This document shows positions 1 to 13,300 of a stretch of DNA of 64,000 nt, piece after piece. Position 1 is the first letter of the stretch; every line of letters starts with the position of its first letter. A program made the translations under genes and the position numbers. The DNA is from Tubulanus polymorphus. Its lineage: Eukaryota; Animalia; Nemertea. The stretch is taken from assembly GCF_964204645.1 (NCBI RefSeq), contig NC_134031.1, forward strand, positions 15,983,807 to 16,047,806, in the 5' to 3' direction. The notes under the pieces are model-generated. The model did not search any database and was not told the origin of the DNA. It was given only the letters and a program-made list of their open reading frames with translations.

Positions 1-314
1 CGCGATCGCAGCCCAGCTTATGTCGACTGCGCTCTAATTCCCAGCAACTGAGGCCGACTAGCGGGATATGAGATCCTCCCAGTTGCTTCCCTGCTTATGT
101 CGGTTGCCATTACTAGCAACTGCCACGGCTCAAATGGTCACATGATAAGCATTTTGAGAATAAATTTGAATTATTAGGAAATATATTTCTATTAGAAAAG
201 CTATTTCTTTAAGACTTTGATCTTTCTGATTCTGTTTTGAATACAACGTGCTAGCGACATCTATAAAGATGGCCGCTCACACCATAATTTTACCAATTTC
301 GTAAAAATACAATC

Positions 315-493
315 CATAATTCGACCGCCGATCACATAACTATATCCGCACTTTGATTTTTGTACTTTCATTTTTAACATAAAAATCACCCCCTGTTGTT
401 TCGCTCCCGGCAGGTGCGCACTGGGTTTGTAAGGGACACCGAATCAAACGCAACCAATAAAATAAATATCAGGGTCAATCCCTATTGTAGATG
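315..493 (+). mobile_element. Short retroposon family D copy with 12-bp TSD
   Basis: Homologous to 7001-7209; flanked by AAAAATACAATC at 303-314 and 494-505; ends in AGGGTCAATCCCT hairpin plus A-rich tail. Confidence 0.75.
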
Positions 494-1527
494 AAAAATA
501 CAATCTGTTAACACAGCGAAATGGTATAAGATGGATAATGTTTGCGCTATCTAACAATCTCAACAAATTTCTCCGACTTTACAGGTAAGTGGCCACGCGG
601 AATAATGCTCAAATTATTGTTTCCCCCACCCTGCTCCCCCTAAATAGGTCACTCAGGCCTACCCCTTTCGGTAAACAGCGTACCGGTACACACTATATCT
701 ATCAATCAATCAGCTTTTGTTGAAGTCAATTCGAATGAAAACAGCTGTTTCGTGTATCTCGAAATCATCGAGCATGAATCATTACGCTGAAGCCAGCTTC
801 CTATTCTACCCCACACATGCGCGTCGTTGGTGCACGTAACACACAAAGACCTTTCTAACGATATCCAACACTGCAGTTCCCCCTCCATCACAAAGAGACT
901 TTCACCACCGCTAGGTTAGCAAAAATTATCATTTCTATCTAGATAGGTTAGAAATATTCGAAAAGAGGAAACGAGTGCGAACCTGTCCTGTTTTTGATGT
1001 ATAGCTGTTATTCGCGCTACCTAGGACACAATAACGAAATAATAAAGCCGAAATGAAACCCTGAGCATATTGTACGCAAATGGAAAATAGGTTAGAATTT
1101 GAATTAAAAGTTCAAGTTTGCGTAGTAACTAACACCGATAGCTGGGCGACTGTACGACGAGCAGGGTCAATCCGTAGACTATTATACAGTGTGTACTAGT
1201 TATTACAAAGCCCTTTGTTAGAAGCACGGCAGTCCATCCACTCTACACGGAACAGACCCAATTCTTTCCTTCACGATCCAGCGTGCTATGAGTATGCGCG
1301 ATGACTCAGAAATATATTCGCGGAATTAATATCGCGGCTTTTTAAAGAATGACAACCTATAAAGCCTACCTAAGAATAAAGCCTAACTATTACCAACGCA
1401 TACATATTAGTTTTCCCGAGCACTTTCATTAGCCTCAGTCTTGATTGATTGATTACATAATCAATAATTTCTTACTACAATAAACGAAACCAATTATAAA
1501 TTGGAGCTAATATATCAAACGAGTAAC

Positions 1528-1645
1528 ACCCTGTTTCGGTCACGGCAAGTTTGGCGGGTTCGTAAGGAACACCAAATACTCAAACGAAATCTACCAATCG
1601 AATAGGCCTAAATCAAACGGAGACAATTCCTATTTTAAGGTAGAT
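1528..1645 (+). mobile_element. Family D retroposon, 5'-truncated diverged copy
   Basis: ccctgtttcg...cggcaag...gggttcgtaaggaacacc...gacaattcctattttaag aligns to the 3' half of 7001-7209. Confidence 0.65.
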
Positions 1646-4457
1646 TTCAAAACAAAGACATATTTCAATCTTTTCATTAAGCACTTTCATTAACTCACCT
1701 AGGCCTACTAATAGATTAGTCCTATCAAACCTTAACCCTTCATTCGAGTTCTCTAGCTTTCAACCTTACAATTACCCTATTAATATTATATACTCACTAC
1801 TTAAATAATACTGAATCATTAGGAACCCTAATTAAAAACGGTAAACGTCTATTTGACGAAAAACAAATATAAACTTAGGATTTTGATCTACCCAAATATG
1901 TTGTGTATCATAAACAGACGTCATGTACAATTTCTGAAGAACGTTGTATTAATTTACGACCGAAATATTGTGCGTCAGGAAGGACAGTAGATAGAGAGTA
2001 GAGACAGCTGATCGAAAATCCAAGAGAAAATCGGAAAATTACCGTCTTTAAAAGCGTCTAGAATCGCGATTCCTCACCGGATCGAGACGATCGAAACGTT
2101 CATAAGCTCCCGACGTCGTCTTCTAGAAGATGGTCAGTCGAAACTCTCATAATGACCGGTCCAAATTGCCTAAACGGAGCTGAAACTGTCGGTTCTATCC
2201 TCGGCGAGTAGTCCTCCACTCTCTCTAGACAAAACCAAAATGGCGACTTCTAACGCCAGCTTCGATGACGAACAACGCGCAAACTGATGATGTCACTGCC
2301 GCGAAAATCCACGTGGCTCGAATGTTTACTAACATTAAAATGCCGGTAACAGAGGTGCCGTCACAAAGCGCCCATATCTTATCAATCGGCAATTCAGTGA
2401 AACAAACGACAAAGGACACGCATCCAGGATGCCCACTAAACGACTAACAAACCACAAAACCTATTCGATATTAACTGGACAAGAATGCAGACGTGATTTA
2501 TTATAACTCTTTGTCTTTGAATTGAAAGTGGTGAGCATTCAATATATATTGATTGTGCTCACCGATCCCTCATTATTAATTTGTACTTATTAGAAAATAA
2601 GCGTCCAATGTTTAATTAGCCCAATCAACTAGCGCATTTCCTTAATAAACACATGACAGGCCTCTGGTGATGAGAACTCAAGAAATCTTCTAAATGTTTT
2701 CGTCAACAATACAAAAAGAACTAAGAATGGTAGTTATTAAACACAGTTATTAAACAAAGTTGGTCTAAAAAAAATTTACGTTGGATAGACGAACATGAAA
2801 CCCCTTAAAATTTTGAAAGGGATTTTCTTGATGTCTGGAGTTGTTTTAAATTGCATGTGTGCGCGGTGAAGAATTGGCGTTGGACAATGTTTTTACAAAA
2901 CTGTGAAACTGCAAATTAATTGCGCGTGCACACGCCCCAATTTACCTGCAATCGGGTAACGGGGTATTTAGTGAATTGCCCCACAGCTGTGAGATGTGAC
3001 ATCTGTCACTAGCATGTGCCCTGAACAGACACTAGATCACGTGCTAACACTTATAAACCCCTCAAACAATGGCTTTATGCCACGTGCTTCAATAATTAAT
3101 TATCCTCTGTGAGCCACGGGCTGGGAACGCGTCGTCTTTGTCCAAAAAGTTGCATCTTTGTCCACCAGTGGATGGCCGTTACAGAATGTCCTTTGTTCGA
3201 ATCCGCAGAGCTCTCGATTGTCGATGAATCGTACCGCTGTGTGATAACTATTTGGCACACCTCAAACAGGTAATATGCTTGTTCCTCAGGAAAGGCAGTG
3301 GTGGCGTGCAGTGGGTGTTCGTGGCGATCCGGACACCCCCTAAAATTGTGAGGTCCCTTTTAAGAATTCTATCCCCAAAAATTCAAGACAGATTTGTTTC
3401 GAAGGAAAAGTTAAGCTCGAACTGAAAAAAAATATATCAACACGGCAATGATGAAAGCAACGGGATCGCGGCGAAGCTTGGGTAAAGGCCCTTAATTGTG
3501 GACACTCCTTTTTCGTTGACCCTGAATTCTATGACCCCGAAGGTGGATCATTCCCTCCCTCTCGCTGGAAGCCCGGGTTTTAGAGTAAAGAAGCAATGCG
3601 AGAAAAATATATTCAACATTAAATTCAACTTTCGCAAAAAAAGAACAAAAAGATAATTTTACCTATTCGGTGCGAGATTCAAATTTTATTCAGAACAAAA
3701 TATGACTGATATAAATATAAACATCTCAATAATTAATATCGATGTATTTTCCGAATGAAAAAATATATTTTCTGGAGTAAGTGTATTCATGGATATTGAT
3801 AGATTTTGTTTGTTCGCTGCTGGTGTATGAGCGTCAGATGTCAGCGGCTGATTACTCAAAAGTTGGTTCGTTCTTTTGTCTAATTAATTCTTGAAAAAAA
3901 AATGGTAAGCATGCTATTTCAATTGTCACTATGATATTAAAAGGCCCGTACCCAAGGAACGCACCGCGAACGCATCTCACCACAAGAGTTCCACTTTTTT
4001 TCTGTTTGACCAACGAACATTTTTGTTGTATGAAATATTCACTAACGATGGCTGGAGATGCGCTTAAAACGCTTGAAATTTTCTTGTGAATGGACCCAAA
4101 CCCGTCGCAATCGTCGGCTCCACCGTCAAATAAGTTTCACCTCATCTAAATTCGCACCCGCCCAAAAGGGGCCGCATTTATCATATCCACTGATGGTTAT
4201 AACTCTAACCAACATTTGAGCAACTGCAACGCCTGATGTAGATGAGGCGAAAGCTCTTGATCTCAAATACATGAGAGAACAGCAATCAACAATAATAGTG
4301 ACGAACGAAATGGACACAACGTCGATTACTATTTCACATTTTCTATAAACTTATAAAAATAAAAGCGGCTTCTGGTGAGAGGTATATAGTAAGAAATATT
4401 AAAGTTGTTTGCTGCCAGATATACAGAAACGAAAGTCTTTCTTTTGTTTATTACTTT

Positions 4458-7400
4458 CTAAGTGGTTTCCAGTTTTTCCAGACAGTCGTACAGCGAACCC
4501 AGTAACGCCTTCATCCGTGGATCGCAGTTCGGCATAAAAAACCGATTATCGCTGGTAACAAACGCAAACGTCAAGTCGTTATTCGGATCTCTATTCACCT
4601 CTTGACCGCCGTATCCAGGATGTCCATACATCAGCTCTCCCTGAACAGAAATCGATATAAAATCATAACGCGGTAAAACTATACGCAATGAATCGCGAGG
4701 GACGAATAGAATGTAAGTCCCACAATCACGAGATAGAAAAAGTTTTTTAAAAATCGAAACTATTAAAATCTATCAAAAACCCGAATTTTCGGTTTTACAC
4801 GTTACTCCTTGAAAATGGTTTTTAGTGTAAAACCGAAAATTCGGGTTTTTTTCAATAAATTTTAATAGTACCGATTTAAAAAAAAAACTTTTTCGTTCTC
4901 ATGATTGTGGGTGGAATTTATATTCTAATATAAAATGTTATGCTATCTGGGGCCGCGGGTGTTCGAATACCAACACTTTATGAATATAAATAGTCTAATA
5001 TGTATCTATATACATATAGATGTCGCCAGGGGCGTAGCTGATAGAACTTGCGTCTTCTTGGCCAACTTATATTCATTAATGTATTTATCTTTTATTTATT
5101 CTAATTATTCTTTATATCGTTTTTGGAACGTTATCAATTCAAATCTATAAACTTGCTGGACGAGTTTATGAGTCTGACCCTTTTTTTCTAAATATGATAC
5201 TGAAATAGTACAGTGAAAAATATGTCATTTTCGTGCCTACATCTTTTAAAATCCCGACCACGCCGCTGGGTACCTGTGAACTTTAAAAATTCGGGGATTG
5301 ATTTTTTCCATATACGGGAAGGAACTATATGTCAGAGTGGGATTTTCACCTTCGGATTGAGACGCTGCATCATTCCAGCAGCCATGGCAGTTTCCATTCC
5401 GACAACGTGGTCGTAAACTGCCTGTCTCGGTCGTGTGAACTCGTCCAGTACGTCATCGGTGACCAGTCGTTGGCTGGTGACTAGATTCATCACAGTCGCT
5501 AACGAACGAGCGTTTCCAAATCCCATTAACGACGTCAACGGAATTTTTAACAGATCTTGATTGTTCAGCGCTCCAGGTTCCTGATACGACAGATGAGAAA
5601 TTTGAAATTACAATATTCCTGGACCCAGTATATCCAGTTCCACAGTTCTGAGTTAAAATTTAACTTTGAGTAAACTCATCGATAATGAACTGATTTTAAC
5701 TGAAGAGTTAACTCTAACTCACAACTGTGGAACTGGATCCTGCTCCACAGTTGTGAGTTCAGATTTGACTCAGAGTTAACTCATTTAAAATGAACTAATT
5801 TTAACTCAGAGTTAACTCTAACTCATCATGACTGTAGAACTGGATCCAAGTGTATACACAAATCGTATCCCGTCCAAATTTGAATCAGGCTTATATCAAC
5901 TGTAAATACGTACATTGACATCTTTAATCGAACCTCGAGTTGCCTTGTGTATCAGTGACCCGGGGTTCAGGAAAAATCCAATCATTTTCATATTGCCCGA
6001 AGAAATCAGATCATGCATAGCGAATAACGGATGGTGGTTCCAAAAGTTTACTTTTCGCTGAAATTCAGACGCCGGCAATCCAATCCAGAAATCTACATCT
6101 ATAAAGTTTGATTTCTTTCAATACTACAATCCATTTGAGGCAAATTTATCACATCAAATTAAACGTGATTTTAAGTAAAATCGTATTTATCCTGGAATAA
6201 TCAAATTTGATTTGGTCTTATTTGATTTATCAAATCATCAAATCACCTCGAGATGTGATTTGATACGATTTGAAGATGGAAGACTCTCAAATTTTTTTTT
6301 CTCGAAAAACTGATATGAAAATGGTCAAAACTTGATGGTCAAAACTTAAAGAGAAACTGAAACTCGCTCAGGAAATAGTATATCAAAAAGCGGGGCACGG
6401 CAGTATTCTCTTGTCAGCCGTTTTGAAAAAGTCGTCAAATTCATCCTGTTGTGCAAATCTTATTTGATTAGATAACAACACGTGACTAGCAAATTATAAT
6501 TCGGAAAATCAAATCTGATTTGACAAGATAAATTCGCCTTTGATATCCACGAATAACTATTTCAAGTTGTTGATTTCTGCAAAGCGCGGGCAGATCCAGG
6601 ATTCGAGTTAGACAGTATTGGAAGGAAATCTTAGGGCACATCCATATCCAAGACAAAGTGAGCCGAAATCTTTGAAAATTTAGTACAATTTTATGGTTTT
6701 TACAGGGCTTCTAGAGACTAAAGAGTAATCAGTGATAATAAAACAAACAGAGACAAGATTTCAAGAGACGCAGTAAAAATTGAAACTGCAAAAAGTTCCT
6801 CGTTCATTCTTGTTATACCTTGAACAATTTATGTGCCGCTTACCATGAGGTATAGCTACTTCGTCCCGGAAGAATGTTCCGATATCTCGATGCTGTTTGT
6901 CAACCATTTTCACGAGAGTTCCGACGTACATTCCGTACGTGACGGCGTGGTATCCCTGTTTAGTTCCTGCAATATTCACAACGACTAAAACTCATGCGAT
7001 CATGTACTTCAATTTAAACAAAAAAATATGTAAACTCGAACGCCGATCACATAACTATTTCTGTACTTCGATTTCCGATTTCAAAATCAAACCCCCTGTT
7101 TCGCTTCCGGCAGATGTGGTGGGTCTGTAAGGGACACTCAATCAGAAAATCAAACACAATTTACCAACCAAATAAGTAACAGGGACAATCCCTATTTTAA
7201 GATAAAAATAAACTCATGCGATATCAACTTACTGAATATATAGGAAACGTCTCTCAAGACTGTACACCTTACTACGGTAAGGCTGAGACTTGGTCAATTT
7301 TAAAACTTCTCTTAATGTCTGGGAACTTTTAAAATAGTTAAGTAGTGAGCATCCCACAATAACAACGACAGTGGCCGAAAATGTCACTGGAGCCGGTAGT

Positions 7401-9972
7401 CTAATAAACGTTTCGACATCGTGATAGTCCTACGAGCAATATGTGATGATTGCTCGTATAAGGATATAGTCCCCGGGGTGGGGGGGGGCGTATCCAATTT
7501 GACTATATTTACTGCTGAATTATATGCCACGAAGAAGCAAGCATTGCACATGTAAAGCTCATTAAAAGGGGCCTGGGGTCTTCCTTAGGAAAAGTTTGGC
7601 GAATAACTAGTTCTCCTTGTATGGGCATTCAGATTATGTACTTCTAATAAATATGTTAGTCACATATTTTTCTGACTATGTTCCGGAATACAGTGGAATA
7701 TAGCTTAGATCCGTCCCCTGTATCACTCTACATCATCGTCACAACACGGATATAGTGTTTTTTATCAATCGTGATTTCAAATATTTTTTTTCAAATGGCT
7801 TACATAGAGCAGTTTTTACCTGGTGGCCACAAAGGGCTTCCAATTTATCAACTGATATAGTGTTTTTTTTATCAATCGTGATTTCAAATAGTCTTTTTCA
7901 AATGGTTTACATGTTACAGTTTTTACCTGGTGGCCACAAAGGCTTCTGTCTTTCCAACAGTTTATTTACCGCCTCTGGATCTTGCACGAACTTCTCAAGA
8001 GTAATGGTCTCGTCTAAAGTGGCTAAACCCGCCTTTCATTTCAGAGAAAAAAAACAATACATCTCGAACGAATTATTCGTGATACAAAAAGTTTCATTTT
8101 AGTTCTATGTACGGAATGTTATTTGAGTAACGCCTTTATTTTACCTTATGTTCAAGTAACATCCGAACTGTTATATCTTCTTTTCCGTTTGTTCCAAATT
8201 CTGGCCAGTAGGTGGCTACCTTTTCGTCATAAGCCATTTCACCCCTAATGACGAGTCCACGAAAAGATCGAGTTAGACTTTTGTTTTCTAATTAGTTCTT
8301 AAAACTAGATATCAGGCCCGTGCTGAGCTTTTTATGAGAGGCGATTCTATTTCGAGAAAAATGGCGCTTTTTCATCGTAAAAGGGGCAGTTTCTTATTGA
8401 AAAGGGCAGCTATCTTAAGAAGTGCCCGGGTATCTGAATAAATCATTTGAGAATTATTTTTCATTTTCATAAAAACTTTATCCAAATTTCGAAAAATCTT
8501 GACCCAAATTTTTTCAAACCGACTTTTCGAAGGGCACTGGAAATTTTAGGGGGTTCGTTCGCTACCTCCGACCCCCGCCCCTAGGCACGGGCCTGGATAT
8601 TCGCAGGGTTTAAACGACTGATTTTGCAAGTTACCTGCTCACAAGAATTCCGATGCATATTGCCGCAACTGCCTTCGTCGTAGATTGAGTGATCGCGATC
8701 GAATTTCGTCTCCATTTAGTTCCATGCTGGACATCGGCGTAGCCTCCCCACAAGTCAACCACTAATTCATCGCGATGATAAACCGCAAAAGATCCGCCTG
8801 ACATGCGGCCATCTTGTATCATTGATCTGCGTTTTGAGAAGGGTCGGATTTAAAAGATTATCCAAAAAAGTGCGATAGGGTTTTTTTAAACAATTATATT
8901 GACATTTTCAGGTAACAGGTGTTGGAAGTAAGATATCAGGTTGGCCAAAAATGTTAGCTCAATTTATAGTGAGAAATACGCCTCTGACTGAACGTGCTTC
9001 ATTTAATGATCGCGGAAACCCAACCTATAATGGGCACCCGGGGACGAGGACAGACAGAAATCGGTATGTCTCGGAGCTTCCATTCGACACGGACTTGGCC
9101 GACATGGATCTTTTATCCACTTTGCAATCATGATTATGCCCACGAATTGACTAATACATTTATACTATGACTATGATTCCCAATTGTGTACTTCGATTTA
9201 AACAAAAAACTTTTGTAAACTCGACCGCCGATCACACAACTATATCTGTGCTTCGATTTCCGATTTCACCATAGTAGAGGTTACATACCAGCATATTTTT
9301 GATCAATAATTCATCAAAAATCATAAACCATGATAGAAATACTAGGACACCAACAAAAAGAAACTATTTGAAATAACAGTTGAATTGATTGAAATGCGGG
9401 GATGTTTGCATTTCAAGAATAACAACAATAATTGGAGTATTCTAATTGATTATCTATATTGACCTTCTAAGCATATGCAGCATTCATAGCGAATGAAAAA
9501 AATGTGGATTTTTTTCCGGTTCGTAATATATTGAACATATTGAAAATAGATCTGACCGCGTTTTTTGTGTATTAGGACTTCAAATAGCCTATGTCAGGTC
9601 TATACTACACCACTATAACCAATGTAGTTTGGAGTAAGATATCACGAATCTAATCATTGTTAAGGTTCAATCGTTTCGAAATAAACCACAAAAATTCTAG
9701 GACCTACCGATCAACTCTTGTTCGCTTCTGATAGGCCTATTTAAAATTTTCAAATGCCTATTTGATTCATCAGAGTTGCTTTTACTACTTACAACCATAA
9801 TACCCAAATAGACGCACTATTATCATAATACTTATATTGTACTTAATCACCTGAATACTTGAATTACATTCTCGAAACCAGGATTAACAGAGCCATCGAG
9901 GTGTAAAGGCACAGACGGTTGTCTTCTCCAGCACAGAAAACGTGTCATCGTTGATGTGAATTTCAAAAACAT
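4458..9972 (-). CDS. Beta-lactamase-domain serine hydrolase (lact-2-like / family VIII esterase type), paralog A, 8 exons, ~413 aa
   Basis: Exons (minus): 9972-9851, 8826-8635, 8244-8145, 8032-7927, 6966-6844, 6098-5914, 5580-5350, 4640-4458. All introns GT-AG; 1242 nt in frame. Motifs: VVDLWGGYAD, SxxK (STTK), YWPEFG..GKEDITVR.LL.H.AGL, PLWPPG..GYHAVTYG, GHPGYGG. Confidence 0.92.
4707..4927. mobile_element. Fold-back (palindromic) MITE-like element
   Basis: ~95-bp inverted arms (cccacaatcacgaga...aaaacccgaattttcggttttacac / gtgtaaaaccgaaaattcgggtttt...tctcatgattgtggg) around a ~23-bp spacer. Confidence 0.75.
5622..5846. mobile_element. PIF/Harbinger-like MITE family A, two tandem copies
   Basis: TIR GAYCCAGTTCCACAGTTGTGAGTT; CTG before the first copy and after it (5740-5742). 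Confidence 0.75.
7001..7209 (+). mobile_element. Family D retroposon with 13-bp TSD
   Basis: AAACTCATGCGAT at 6988-7000 and 7210-7222; terminal AGGGACAATCCCT hairpin then A-rich end. Confidence 0.8.
7749..7946. repeat. 105-bp-period tandem duplication spanning the exon 4 splice donor of paralog A
   Basis: 7749-7840 and 7854-7946 both read gatatagtgttt...cagtttttacctggtggccacaaagg. Confidence 0.9.
8313..8595. mobile_element. Non-autonomous DNA transposon, 11-bp TIR, 5-bp TSD
   Basis: CAGGCCCGTGC...GCACGGGCCTG flanked by GATAT/GATAT. Confidence 0.75.
9186..9270 (+). mobile_element. Family D fragment (5' part)
   Basis: tgtacttcgatttaaacaaaaaa...aaactcgaccgccgatcacac matches 7003-7083. Confidence 0.65.
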
Positions 9973-10371
9973 TTCCAACAATTCAAATTTAACTGCCAAA
10001 TATGTTTTGACTGATTGAAGTTAAATAAAGGAATATCCTGTTGGTTGAAAATGCCTTACAAATTGAAAAATCAATTAATTGTACCAGCAGATAGTGAGCA
10101 TGTGATCAGATATGGTATTAAAGGTCAGGGTCAGAAGGATTATCCGCGTGAACAAATAATAATAAGAGATCGACATTTATTTTCAAATCATATTCACATT
10201 TAAAGAGCACATTAATAAAATATACATGTATCTATGCGTACATAATTGCAAAATATACATTTCAAGAATAAAACATGAAAATCTTAACAAAATTATTACA
10301 AAATATACACTAATGACAGCAGAATCACGAATTTTAGCTTTCCATAGGGAAATATATGATTCGAATAAGAA

Positions 10372-13300
10372 TCATTTGATGGCATTCATTTTTTCTAGAC
10401 TGTCATAAACACCGTCGATAAGACTTCTCGCTCTCGGATCCTCGCCTAACGAATACAACCTGACGTCGTTTGTCGTGAACGCAAATGCCAATTCGTTTTC
10501 AACATCGGCAAACACGTAATGTCCTCCGAAACCGAGGTGTCCGAAAATGCGTCCGCCCTACGAGAAATATAATGAACGAGATATTTTGAGGGAACTTTCA
10601 TATTTTTTTTTAACAGAGGCAAAAATCTAGAAAGAGACCGCGGCAGTTTCTCTTACTTTTGGAAATTTCATCTGCATAAATCCCAGACCGAAGGCTAAAT
10701 CTATTTGCAAAGTTTCATCCAGAACTATCAGGTTTTCTTGTAATATTTCTGATACAAGGCTTTCACTAAGCATTCGCTTGTCATCCAGTCGACCTTTCGT
10801 CGTAAGCACGCTTATCATTTTAGCAAGTGATTTAGCAGTTCCAGCACCGGAACCACTCGACCAGGGTATAATGTTATTTTCGAATTTATCTTGATCCTGA
10901 AAAAGCAAAGATCGTAGAATGATAAATCGAAATAGAAGATTTCTGCCGCCCTCGCATATACGGCGGTATATCAGGGGTTGACTGTACCTGGTATCAGTAC
11001 CTCCTGGCGAGAAAACTCCATGGCGCTGTCAATATTTTGACAAAGATGAAACTTTCCTCATAAGTCTGAGTTATTTTGCCTTTCTCATTTGAAACAATAT
11101 ATAAACAAAGCGAGGGAATGTAATTCTTTTTATTTTGACTTGCAACGATAAGATATTTGTGCAACTTAGGCGATTATCAGATTTAGAAAATCTGAAAGGA
11201 TCTTTTGATGGGTAAATGGACCGGAAAACTTCAGACCTATCCATATCCATGAATGTAAGAAATCCCTACATGTGGAATGGCATATTTTCTGTAGGCTACA
11301 CTTACTTTTACAAAATCTTTGATGATATCTACTGATTTTCTACCGAATGATGGTTCACCGGTGTAAAGTGAGTGAAGAACTTCTTTCCAAGGCGTTTCCA
11401 TCAGCATCTCGAGGAACGTCCAATCATGCCAGACGGGGATCGAAGTTCGTTTATAGTCTTGTTCAGTTAATCCAATCATAAGATCGAGGCCTTCAAAAAA
11501 TAGAGATTACCAAAATTTATCAAAAGTTATAAGGTACTAGGCATTCGGCTCTGATATAGTGGAACCTCAGGCAGATCAGTCATTTCTGGCTATAAGGAAT
11601 TTTCAAGGAGAAAATTTCAAATTTCGTGGAAGTGTCTGCATCACTTTCATATCCCAATAACAATAGACTCCTCCTAAATCAGTATTGTTTTTCTCGGTAA
11701 ATCTATCGTAGTTTACTGTACAACTACGAAGATTTCCAATTGCCTATATCTCAAAATTGAGGGAGTTTTAAAGGAATTTCGCTCAAATTAAAATGATTTT
11801 CGGCAACTGTAAAAGAATTTTCTGTTTAGGCGTTTTTAAAGAATCAAGGAGTTGTAGGGACCCTGATAGTCAAATTGAAATCTTTCCATGAAATTGGTAT
11901 AATTTGATTAACTGGTAATTCCGAATCTTATCTAACACACTTTGAATTTCTAGTCCCTTCTCAAGTTCATTTATTGGAGGTTTAACTACTGTATACGTGT
12001 TTTTTCATTTTTGCCTGTGAAAAATCTTTTTCCATATAAATATAATATTGTAAATTTAAACCTAGACACTTTTCATGCAGCCTTGATACCGATGAACGAA
12101 TTTTCTTAAATATCGCGAAATTTATAAATCACGGACTTGTAAATATCACGTAAAGAAAATGGTTTATATAAGATATTTTATACATTCTTTCTAGCTTTCC
12201 TTTATTGTTTTATTGTTCACCCTTTTTTTTGGGTTTTTTTTGTCTTTTTTTTTTTCATTTACAGTTGTGTACTCTTGATTCATCATGAATAAATGAATTT
12301 GAATTTTAGATTTGCTTACCAAACGGCTTAGCGAGTTCTTGATCGATAATAGTTTGTATGTCTCTATGCTTTGGGTCGATACGTCTTATAATTTCATCCA
12401 TGTATAAACCATGAGTTAAAGTTTGATAACCTTGCTTCAAACCTGAAATACGTTTAAAAATCAAAATAAGATCTCGATTGTACCGTAGAAATTCTACCTG
12501 AAATCGCATCTACCTGGGGTCCACTGCGGTTTTTGTCTTGCTAGAATCTTCCTTTTCTTATCGGCAGGCTCGATCAAATCCGAAAATTGAATTTGTTCAT
12601 CTAAAAGCACTAATCCTGTCTAGAGTATGACGAGAAATCATGAAGAAAATATTAGAATAGCCAGTCAAGACAAGGGAGTACAGACGATGAGCTTAAAACC
12701 TGCTACAGTGGAACCTCATTACAGAGAATTTCGCAGGACCAGAAAATATGTCCGTTATAACCGATAATTTGTTATATCCACTCTTTTTATAGGCTACTGT
12801 GCTGCCGTCCCCTTCGACTTTACTATTTTGTTATTTTATCTTATCCACATCGTTTGTACTTTATTGACTTCGACTCGAATGTTTTTTATCGTAAATTTTA
12901 GAGTTCAATAAAGTTCTATTCTATTCTATTCTATCCAGTATGAAATTGATTAATTAGTCTTATTTCTTGGTACAAAATTCTATATTTGTTATATCCGAAT
13001 CGTTGTATCCGAGTTCTTTATAACGACGTTACACCGCATTTTCAAATTTTAGACGTGTTAAAAACGAAAATTATCCATCAAAACTTTTAATCAAGATAGA
13101 CCATCGTCGGGTTATTGGACTATATATTCACCTTGTGGGCTAACAATGTGCGTATTGTGATTTCATCTTTACCATTTTCGGCGAATTCGGGCCAGTATTT
13201 CGAGATTTTATTGTCGTAACTTGCATGCCCCCTGAATCAAAGAAATAAATACAGTAGTAGAATTCGCAAGATTTTGGACCGAAAAAAAATCTGCTTAATG

